Shown here: piece by piece, positions 18,231 to 25,884 of the stretch
How the letters are laid out: every line of letters begins with the position of its first letter
How positions within the stretch are numbered: position 1 is the first letter of the stretch
NCBI GenBank assembly: GCA_034408725.1
Contig: JAWXCN010000273.1
Location: forward strand, 1-37,117
Length of the DNA stretch: 37,117 nt
Source of the DNA: Candidatus Hydrogenedentota bacterium
Lineage (GTDB): Bacteria > Hydrogenedentota > Hydrogenedentia > Hydrogenedentales > SLHB01
Direction: 5' to 3'
Position numbers and translations under genes: made by a program
The notes under the pieces: model-generated
The model's input: only the letters and a program-made list of their open reading frames with translations
Told to the model about the DNA's origin: nothing
Database searches by the model: none

Positions 18231-19862
18231 ATGAAGAGTAAAAATTCGACACGGGGGAAGCCGCAGCTCGCAGACGTGGAAGATCATCAGCTCACCCGAT
18301 TCTCCGCTATCTTCGCGTTGGGAACGATGGTGAGCCGCGTGCTGGGTCTTGTTCGCGACGTCATGATCGGCGTGTTCATCCCGGTTGGTCCGCGCGAAGC
18401 ATTCCTGGTCGCGTTCCGCTTTCCGAATATGCTCCGGGACATTGTTGGGGAAGGCGCCGCGAATGCAGCATTCATCCCCGTGTTTTCCGAAACGCTTGAG
18501 AAACGAAAAGAAAAAAAGTTCCGGGAGGTGGTGTCGTCATCCTTTGGCGCCATGCTGATTCTGCTCGGCCTTATCACGCTTGCGGGCGTGATTTTGATTC
18601 CGGAATTGCTGCGGGGCGTGAACTTGCTGCAACCCATCACCGGCGGAAAATTGTATTCGACTGAAGAAGTGGGCCTCTTAACTTCGCTCAGCCGCTGGAC
18701 GTTTCCCTACATTTTTTTCATCGGGCTCGCCGTATTTTCGATGGCGACGCTGTTTACCGTAAAACATTACGCGACGCCCTCGTGGTCGCCCGCATTGCTG
18801 AATATTGCGATGATCGTGTGCATCCTGCTGTTTACGAGTTCCAGCACTGATCCTGCTTGGGCGCTGGTGGTCGGGGTGTGGATTGGAGGGATCGCGCAGG
18901 CCCTCGTTTTATATCTGGCGATGGGAAAGCATGCAGGCGTCTGGCGCCCCAGTTTTGATTTGCGGCGCAAGGAAGTGCTGACTATATTCGCATTGCTCGG
19001 GCCAGTCGTGATCGGCCAGTCCGCCGGTGAAATCAACAAGGTGATCGATTCCATTTTCGCGTACAAAAGTGGAGAGGGCGCGGTAACCTGGCTGTATTAC
19101 GCAAACCGGCTGGTCCAGTTGCCGCTGACCATATTCGGGTTCGCAACCGCGGCGGCGGTATTGCCCGCGGCGTCACGCGCCGCGGCGCGCAACGCCCCCG
19201 AAGAAATGCGCGCAGTCATCCTCCAGGGAATGCGGCAAAGCTTCTTCATGGTCGCGCCGTCGATGATTGGACTGATGGTGCTCGCCAATCCAATCGTCAA
19301 ACTGATTTTCGGATGGGGCGAGACGCGACACGCCACGGACATCGAGAACACGGCATATGCTACGGCCATCTATGCGGCGGGTCTCGTGTCGTTTGCGTGG
19401 GTGAAGGTGGTCATCTCAGGGTTTTATGCGGTGAAAGACACCAAGACACCGGTGCTGATCGCGTCGCTGAGCATGGTCCTGAATATTGTATTAAACGCGG
19501 TGCTTGTAAAATCATATGGGTTCAAGGGACTTGCGTTCGCCACAACGGTTTCCTACACCATGAACTTTCTCGCGTTGTATGTGGTGTTGGGCAGGCGTTA
19601 TGGAAGTTTGTGGGACGGCCCGTTCGTTACTGCTCTGGTCCGAATGACGGCCGCCACCGCGGGAATGGGCGCGGTGGCGTTTGCGTCATATGTCGGTGTC
19701 ATGCGGTTCATGCCCGGCGACACACTTCTTGATCGGATGGCCCAGGCCGGCGCGCCAATCGTCACTGCGATTGCGGCATTTTTACTGTTGTGCCGCTTGT
19801 TCGGAGTCACCGAACTTGACAGTTTCGCGCAATTGTTTCGACGCCGTTTGCCGAAGAACTGA
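18231..19862 (+). CDS. murJ: Lipid II flippase MurJ (MviN)
   Basis: SRVLGLVRD, AFRFPNMLRDIVGEGA, AFIPVF, LYYANRLVQLP, FYAVKDTKTP. Start at ATG 18231 after AGGA. Confidence 0.95.
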   Translation: MKSKNSTRGKPQLADVEDHQLTRFSAIFALGTMVSRVLGLVRDVMIGVFIPVGPREAFLVAFRFPNMLRDIVGEGAANAAFIPVFSETLEKRKEKKFREVVSSSFGAMLILLGLITLAGVILIPELLRGVNLLQPITGGKLYSTEEVGLLTSLSRWTFPYIFFIGLAVFSMATLFTVKHYATPSWSPALLNIAMIVCILLFTSSSTDPAWALVVGVWIGGIAQALVLYLAMGKHAGVWRPSFDLRRKEVLTIFALLGPVVIGQSAGEINKVIDSIFAYKSGEGAVTWLYYANRLVQLPLTIFGFATAAAVLPAASRAAARNAPEEMRAVILQGMRQSFFMVAPSMIGLMVLANPIVKLIFGWGETRHATDIENTAYATAIYAAGLVSFAWVKVVISGFYAVKDTKTPVLIASLSMVLNIVLNAVLVKSYGFKGLAFATTVSYTMNFLALYVVLGRRYGSLWDGPFVTALVRMTAATAGMGAVAFASYVGVMRFMPGDTLLDRMAQAGAPIVTAIAAFLLLCRLFGVTELDSFAQLFRRRLPKN

Positions 19863-19867
19863 AGTCT

Positions 19868-20959
19868 CTATTTGTCCGTGATCGAAAGCACGCCGTCCTT
19901 GTTGCGGTCTGCTTTGTCAAAGGCTTCACGCGGGAACCCCGGCTTGGCTGCTTCCATTTCCTCGAAGGTTACATTGCCGTCCTTGTCCCCATCGGACATG
20001 AGCAGCTTGAGCAGGTGAACTTCAGTTTCCTGTTTTTTGTCTTTCGTGCCTTGGGCGCGGTCCGCCGCGGAAAGGACGCCGTCCTTGTTCACGTCCATCT
20101 TATCGAAGCGTTCGCGCGCTAAATCCGGGGTTACGGCGGCCAACTCTTCAAACGTAATGCTTCCGTTGCGGTCCGTATCGGCCTTGCGCATGAGTTGAAT
20201 TGGGTTTGGAATCGCCGCTGCCTTTTTATCCTGCATCGCCGGCGCCGCTTCGTCCTGCTTGATAGCTACTTTTGGCATGGCTGCTTCTTCCTGCTTGGCC
20301 GCGGCACGGCCCGCCAGCATTTCTTCGCGAGACAACGCACCGTCTTTGTTCGCATCCATTTGGTCGAACGATTCGCGAGTGGATTTGGGCGTCACTTTCG
20401 CAAGCTCTTCAAATTCAACCTTGCCATCCTTGTTTTCATCCACGCGCGTGAACAGCGCGTCAGCGCCGCGCGGCTGTTTCTTTTGATCCTGATTCGCGCG
20501 CGGCTGGGGGACCTCGTCGAGAGTGAGGAGGCCGTCTGCATTCTTGTCAAACTTTTTGAAGCGTGCTTCCGTGAAACCCGGCGCTATCGCCAGCGCTTCT
20601 TCAGGCGTCAACGTGCCGCTAGTATCCTTGTCGGCGCGCTTGAACAGGTCGCCTGGCGCGAGAGCATTGGCTTCCTGCTTTGCCACCGCAGGTTTGTTCT
20701 TCATTTCCTGGGGAGAGATCGAACCATCGCCGTCCATGTCACGGGCTTTGAATCGGGCCTCGCTAAAGTTCGGAATTTTGGCTTTTATTTCGTCCAAAAC
20801 AAGTTTGCCGTCGGCGTTGGCATCCAGCTGCTCGAACGTGGCGCGGGGCATTCCCTCAGCCGGTTTTTGCTTGCCGGGTTTTGGAGTATCTTCGGCCAGA
20901 GCCGAGTTCGCGAAAATCAGGAGAGCGGCGCCGCCGGCGGCCATGAGAAGCTTGTGCAT
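19868..20959 (-). CDS. Secreted EF-hand calcium-binding protein (10 EF-hand loops)
   Basis: RBS AAGGAGGT before ATG 20959 and a signal peptide. Ten DxDxDG-type loops, e.g. DANADGKLVLDE, DMDGDGSISPQE, DENKDGKVEFEE, DTDRNGSITFEE. Confidence 0.9.
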   Translation of the reverse strand: MHKLLMAAGGAALLIFANSALAEDTPKPGKQKPAEGMPRATFEQLDANADGKLVLDEIKAKIPNFSEARFKARDMDGDGSISPQEMKNKPAVAKQEANALAPGDLFKRADKDTSGTLTPEEALAIAPGFTEARFKKFDKNADGLLTLDEVPQPRANQDQKKQPRGADALFTRVDENKDGKVEFEELAKVTPKSTRESFDQMDANKDGALSREEMLAGRAAAKQEEAAMPKVAIKQDEAAPAMQDKKAAAIPNPIQLMRKADTDRNGSITFEELAAVTPDLARERFDKMDVNKDGVLSAADRAQGTKDKKQETEVHLLKLLMSDGDKDGNVTFEEMEAAKPGFPREAFDKADRNKDGVLSITDK

Positions 20960-21109
20960 GACGAGAACCTCCTTGACGTAATGATACACAGTGCGGACTA
21001 CAACACGGGATAGTTGCGGGGAGTTCCTTTGATCTCATGAAACGCGCGAGCGCTCGAATTCAATCCGCAAAACCTGGGAATCTTGGATGGCGGCCGTCGC
21101 ACCCGGCCT

Positions 21110-21230
21110 TGGAGTGCGGTAGCGGGGAGCTACCGCTTTGGGAAAGCAGGTGGGCCTTGTCCTGTCCGCGCGATACGGAGCGCTGAAAGTCTCCGAATAG
21201 AAAGCGGTAGCTGCCCGCTACCGCACTCCA
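21110..21230. repeat. REP/REPIN-like element: two 30-bp inverted arms around a 61-bp spacer
   Basis: 21110-21139 TGGAGTGCGGTAGCGGGGAGCTACCGCTTT matches the reverse complement of 21201-21230 at 29/30. Each arm has its own GCGGTAGC/GCTACCGC hairpin. Confidence 0.85.
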
Positions 21231-21303
21231 TGGCGCCGCTTTGGCTATTCTTAACAGATGGTCTACCCTTGCTTCTAGCGGCCAAGATATATTAGAGGAT
21301 TTA

Positions 21304-22665
21304 ATGCAAACACTTGACACTATGGCGAAAGTTTTCCGCGAAATGTTTGGCCCTGGCGCAACACCATTTGCATGCCGCGCGCCCGCGCGCGTGAACCTTC
21401 TCGGCGAGCACCTCGATTATAACGGATTGCCCGTGTTACCCATGACGATGAACCGGGAGACATGGTGTATTGCGCGCGCGACCGCCGGCAACACTATTCG
21501 GATTCGCAATGGCGCCGCGGGGTTCGCCCCGGAGGATTTCAACAATGTATCGCCGTTAACCCCGTCCGAAGCCGGAAACTGGATCAACTATTGCAAAGCG
21601 GCCATCGAGGGATTGAATCAGCGGTTCGGCATTGAGCGCGGGCCGGGACTCGACTTGCTCGTGGCGGGCAATATTCCGGCGGCCGCGGGACTGTCATCGT
21701 CATCAGCTTTGGTCGTCGTGACGGCGCTGGCGTATTTGCGCGCGTTGGGACAGAAGCTCGATGCATCGATTCAACGCATCGAACTTGCGGGTGTGCTTGC
21801 GCAAGCGGAACGTTATGTTGGCGTGCAGGGCGGTGGAATGGACCAAGCCATCATTCTTTTGGGAGATGATGAGTCCGCGTGCAAGATCGACTTCTTTCCG
21901 CTTCGCATCGAGCGTGTTCCATTGTTCGATCAACGCGTGTTTGTGGTATGCAATTCAATGGTCGTTGCCGACAAGTCCGGCGCGGCGGTCCAACGGTACA
22001 ACGAAGGGCCGGCATCCAGCAGGTTGATCCGTGCCCTGGTCGAGAAATACGCGCAGATCAATTTCGGCGAGGAAGTAAAAATTGAAAGGCTCGGCGACCT
22101 TTGGTTTGGCCCGCTATGCCTGACCAACGCGGAAGTGGAATCGCTGTTTCGCGAAGCCTTTCCCCGGCCGAAGACCAGCCTCGCGGAAATGGTATCGCTG
22201 CTGGATATTGACGAACCTGAAATCCGGCGCCGATGGTTACAAGATTTGCCTGAACCCGGCGGTGGGTTTCCGTTGCAGGGCCGCGCCCGGCATCAATTAT
22301 CGGAGCATGCGCGCGTTGAACAAGGACGGGACTGCATGATTGCCGGCGATGCGGACGGGTTTGGCGCGCTCATGGACGATTCGCACCGGAGTTGCGCGGA
22401 CGATTACAGAGTAAGTTGTCCCGAACTGGATGCGCTTGTCGCAATAGGTAGAAAGGCGGGCAGCAAAGGGTCGCGATTGACGGGGGCAGGATTCGGAGGT
22501 TCGACGGTCCATCTTGTCGCCGAGAGCGACGCGGAGGATTTTGTGGCAACGGTAAAACGCGGATATTACAAAGAGTTCCTTGGCCGGACCGGCTCGAATC
22601 CCATCGAACAAGATTGGATAATCATCGCCAAACCAAGTGCTTCCGCCGGGTATTTGGGCTTGTAA
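21304..22665 (+). CDS. galK: Galactokinase/N-acetylgalactosamine kinase (GHMP family)
   Basis: RAPARVNLLGEHLDYNG, PAAAGLSSSSA, GGGMDQA, SCPELD, GSRLTGAGFGG. RBS AGAGGA before ATG 21304. Confidence 0.9.
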   Translation: MQTLDTMAKVFREMFGPGATPFACRAPARVNLLGEHLDYNGLPVLPMTMNRETWCIARATAGNTIRIRNGAAGFAPEDFNNVSPLTPSEAGNWINYCKAAIEGLNQRFGIERGPGLDLLVAGNIPAAAGLSSSSALVVVTALAYLRALGQKLDASIQRIELAGVLAQAERYVGVQGGGMDQAIILLGDDESACKIDFFPLRIERVPLFDQRVFVVCNSMVVADKSGAAVQRYNEGPASSRLIRALVEKYAQINFGEEVKIERLGDLWFGPLCLTNAEVESLFREAFPRPKTSLAEMVSLLDIDEPEIRRRWLQDLPEPGGGFPLQGRARHQLSEHARVEQGRDCMIAGDADGFGALMDDSHRSCADDYRVSCPELDALVAIGRKAGSKGSRLTGAGFGGSTVHLVAESDAEDFVATVKRGYYKEFLGRTGSNPIEQDWIIIAKPSASAGYLGL

Positions 22666-22817
22666 AGATCGACGCAATAGCCTAGAATGCAAGCGGTTAT
22701 GAGGGGTGGGGTGGTTATTTTCCCAGGAGGCGGAATGCGTTCCTACGCGCACCGTGCCCAACGAGAAGCTGATTGCAAAAGTTGTTAGCGTTCAATGGGT
22801 TAAGCAGATTTCGCGTT

Positions 22818-22846
22818 TTGACAGAATGCGCCATGCGTGGTACCGT
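22818..22846 (+). promoter_or_regulatory. Sigma70-type promoter with extended -10
   Basis: TTGACA (22818-22823), 17 bp spacer ending in TGG, TACCGT (22841-22846). Confidence 0.6.
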
Positions 22847-22944
22847 TGCAGTATGGGCAGCTTGGGTCGTAGCACCTAATCGCTGTCCTTTTTCATTGAC
22901 GGTGACCATCATCTGGCGGCAACGTCAATGGGAAGGAGCGAGCC

Positions 22945-23955
22945 ATGGCTAAGTTCGCGTACAAAGCGATTGACAGCGCGGGCATTGAGCAATATGGAGT
23001 AGTCGAGGCCGCATCGCAAGCGGATGCGGTCAACGAAGTGGGTAGGCGCGGTTTATTTCCAACGGATGTGCGGCCCGCGAATGTCACGGACGATTTACGG
23101 GTGCGCTGGAGTGAGCAACAGCAACGCCAAAAAGAACTTGAGGCACGTAAAACCGAACAACAACGCAAACGCCAAACCCGGCAACGCCTGGTAATCCGGT
23201 ACAAGGATGGGCGAACCGAATACGGGGTGTGCTTCGCATTGAATCCGCGAGACACTGGTTTTCACCTCGACAAGGTGGATGCGAAAGGGATTACGTCGGG
23301 CCAGACGGTACAGGTGCGCTACGTCGATTTGAAGGCGGTTTTTAACGTCAAGAGCTTTGATGGAAAGTACGATAAGACGCAACGGTTCCGGGAGTGGACC
23401 CCGGAGGGCAATGAACTTGTTCTCGAATTTATCGACGGCGAAATACTTCGCGGCTCTTCGATGCACCACTATGATGCTGACGATCCGCGATTTTTTATAA
23501 TTCCGCAGGACCCGACGTCGAACAATATCAGCGTCCTGGTGGAGCGCTCGGCGGTAAAACGCATTTTGACTCCGGACGAATACGAAGCTTCCCGCACCGA
23601 ACGCCACGAAGCGCGCAGAGCGGCCGAAAAAACGGAGCTGACCCAGGAAGAAACGATGGGCGATTTTTACTTCGAGACTCGAAATTATCCCGCGGCGCTC
23701 GATCAGTATCGCGTCGCGCAGACGAGGTTTCCGCAATCCGGGCGTTTACGCAAGAAAGTGACCGCGGCGCAGTTCAACATAGGCGTACAGTTTATCAAGC
23801 GCCGCGAGTACACGAACGCACTTCATTGCATGTTGAAGGTCTTGGAGCAGGACCCAGGAAATGAGCACGCGCGCAAGAAAGTTTCCCAACTGAAAAAAAT
23901 AGTGGAACGTCCGGACCGCGCTCCCGGACCAAAGACGGTCGAACAGGATTTTTGA
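22945..23955 (+). CDS. Fusion protein: PilC/GspF-like N-terminal segment + DUF6982-like tandem domains + TPR
   Basis: MAKFAYKAIDSAG...GVVEAASQADAV...GLFP matches the PilC/GspF N-terminus. LVIRYKDG...LKAVFNVKSFDG and EFIDGEILRG...FFIIPQDPTSNN resemble DUF6982. C-terminal TPR helices. RBS GGAAGGAG. Confidence 0.7.
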   Translation: MAKFAYKAIDSAGIEQYGVVEAASQADAVNEVGRRGLFPTDVRPANVTDDLRVRWSEQQQRQKELEARKTEQQRKRQTRQRLVIRYKDGRTEYGVCFALNPRDTGFHLDKVDAKGITSGQTVQVRYVDLKAVFNVKSFDGKYDKTQRFREWTPEGNELVLEFIDGEILRGSSMHHYDADDPRFFIIPQDPTSNNISVLVERSAVKRILTPDEYEASRTERHEARRAAEKTELTQEETMGDFYFETRNYPAALDQYRVAQTRFPQSGRLRKKVTAAQFNIGVQFIKRREYTNALHCMLKVLEQDPGNEHARKKVSQLKKIVERPDRAPGPKTVEQDF

Positions 23956-24074
23956 TCCCGTGACCTGGCAAATGGAAGTGCTGCGGGTTGCGGCCTCGCC
24001 AGTGTAAGGCGAGAGGCGCGAATGACAAATGAAATACAGCGGTCGTGGTTTTGCCGCGCCGTAGGTTGTAGCGA

Positions 24075-24803
24075 ATGCAGATAGCCATCATTGCCGATCT
24101 TCATGCAAACCTGGAAGCGACCCAAGCCGTATTCCGGGAGATCGACACTCGCAAACCCGACAAGATTGTTTGTCTGGGCGATCTCACCGGGTATAACGCG
24201 AATCCAAACGAAGTCGTTGACCTCATACGCGAACGCGACATTCCGTGCATCATGGGCAACCACGACGCCGCCGTGTGTGGACTCGAAGACCCCTGGTTTT
24301 TTCGCGCGGCGGCCAAGCAGGTAATCGAATGGCAGATGGACGTGCTGCGCGACGACAACCGGCGCTGGCTGGCAATGTGCCCGGAACAAATTGTGTTTCG
24401 CGGCACCTGCCTTGGCGTACACGGTTCGCCCAGCAGCCGTGACGACTATATCATTGATTGGCTCGACGCGATGCGACAACTCGAATATCTGAATGGACGC
24501 GACGTGACCATTTGTTTTTTCGGCCACAGTCATCGCCCGTCGTTTTTCAGTGAAAAGGGAAATACGACGGTTTCAAATTCGAGCATCCGGCAATTTCAGG
24601 CGGCGAACAGGTACTTCGTGAATCCGGGCGCAGTCGGCCAGCCACGCGATCGCGACCCGCGCGCGGCGTACGGCATCTACGACACCGACAGGAACACCTT
24701 CGAGTTTTGCCGTATCGAGTACGACATCGACACGTGCCAGCGCAAGATCATGGCCGCCGGACTTCCCCTTGAATTGGCGCGCCGTCTCTCTGTAGGAAAG
24801 TAA
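24075..24803 (+). CDS. Calcineurin-like metallophosphoesterase
   Basis: DLHAN, GDLTGY, GNHD, HGSP, GHSH, NPGAVGQPRD. Confidence 0.92.
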   Translation: MQIAIIADLHANLEATQAVFREIDTRKPDKIVCLGDLTGYNANPNEVVDLIRERDIPCIMGNHDAAVCGLEDPWFFRAAAKQVIEWQMDVLRDDNRRWLAMCPEQIVFRGTCLGVHGSPSSRDDYIIDWLDAMRQLEYLNGRDVTICFFGHSHRPSFFSEKGNTTVSNSSIRQFQAANRYFVNPGAVGQPRDRDPRAAYGIYDTDRNTFEFCRIEYDIDTCQRKIMAAGLPLELARRLSVGK

Positions 24804-25867
24804 TGGCCACTCCTACCCGCTCACTCAAGCAGGCAAGCGCGAAAACCGTTCGCGAAATGCTGGAAGACCGCGAACGCGCCCAACTCGCGCCGTTCGCAAC
24901 GTTTGCCGGGGACTCGCGCGGACGCCAGCGCCAGGAAAAAGAACACGATTACCGCACCGCGTTTCAACGTGACCGCGATCGTATCCTCCATACAAAATCG
25001 TTTCGGCGTCTCAAACAAAAGACGCAGGTCTTTCTCGCTCCCAAAGGCGATCATTACCGCACGCGCCTGACCCATACTTTGGAAGTGGCGCAGATTTCCC
25101 GCACAGTCGCGCGCGCGCTATTCGTAAACGAAGACCTTACCGAAGCCATCGCGCTCGGCCACGATTTGGGACATACGCCATTCGGTCACGCCGGCGAGGT
25201 CGTTTTGAATGAGGCATTCGCGGAAGGCTTTCGCCACTATGAACAAAGTTTGCGGGTAGTTGATACGCTGGAGACGCGGCGGTCCGGCGGCGGACTGAAT
25301 CTCACCCACGAAGTGCGCGAAGGCATTCTCAACCATTCGGTCGGCAAAGTCGTGCTACTCGGAAAAGCCGCTAAATCCGGGACAACACCCGAAGCGACCA
25401 TAGTCAGCGTGTGCGACGCAATCGCATACATCAATCACGACATTGAAGACGCCGTCCGCGGCGGCCTTATTACGCTCAACGATCTTCCGAAGGATGCGAT
25501 CGAACTACTGGGCCGGGCGTCTTCCCAGCGCATTAACCGGATGGTGATTGCCTTGATCGAAGGAAGCCAGGACGATGGCATCGGCATGATCGAAGACGTC
25601 CGGCAGGCGACCGTCGACTTGCGTGCGTACCTATATACAAACCTGTATCCGTGCGAAGCGATAAACCGCGAAGTGCGCAAGGCCAAGAAACTGTTGAAGG
25701 AACTTTATTATCACTTTCTCGAACACCCAAGCAGGGAAAGTAGCGCGGGAAACCCGGATGACAGCATCGAGCGGCGCACCGTGGATTTTATAGCCGGGAT
25801 GACGGACCCGTTTGCCCTCGAGGTGTACCGCCACCTGTTTTTTCCGGATTCGTGGCCAGCGCGTTAG
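24803..25867 (+). CDS. dgt: Deoxyguanosinetriphosphate triphosphohydrolase (HD domain)
   Basis: FQRDRDRILHTKSFRRLKQKTQV, RTRLTHTLEVAQI, HDLGHTPFGHAGE, DFIAGMTD. TAATG coupling to the upstream gene. Confidence 0.93.
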   Translation: MATPTRSLKQASAKTVREMLEDRERAQLAPFATFAGDSRGRQRQEKEHDYRTAFQRDRDRILHTKSFRRLKQKTQVFLAPKGDHYRTRLTHTLEVAQISRTVARALFVNEDLTEAIALGHDLGHTPFGHAGEVVLNEAFAEGFRHYEQSLRVVDTLETRRSGGGLNLTHEVREGILNHSVGKVVLLGKAAKSGTTPEATIVSVCDAIAYINHDIEDAVRGGLITLNDLPKDAIELLGRASSQRINRMVIALIEGSQDDGIGMIEDVRQATVDLRAYLYTNLYPCEAINREVRKAKKLLKELYYHFLEHPSRESSAGNPDDSIERRTVDFIAGMTDPFALEVYRHLFFPDSWPAR

Positions 25868-25884
25868 GCCGGCGAAACGCGGCA

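Noticed and set aside
21110-21230. Possible CRISPR or tRNA
   Set aside because: Only two units, inverted rather than direct; no cloverleaf and no cas genes.
21060-21320. Two small opposite-strand ORFs sharing PWSAVAGSYRF
   Set aside because: Artefact of translating the two arms of the inverted repeat.
23992-24018. Hairpin GCCTCGCC...GGCGAGAGGC after the DUF6982-like gene as a terminator
   Set aside because: Bulged stem with no U-tract; not supportable as an intrinsic terminator.
24803-25867. dGTPase as an anti-phage defence gene
   Set aside because: It looks like the ordinary short housekeeping Dgt, with no defence-island context.
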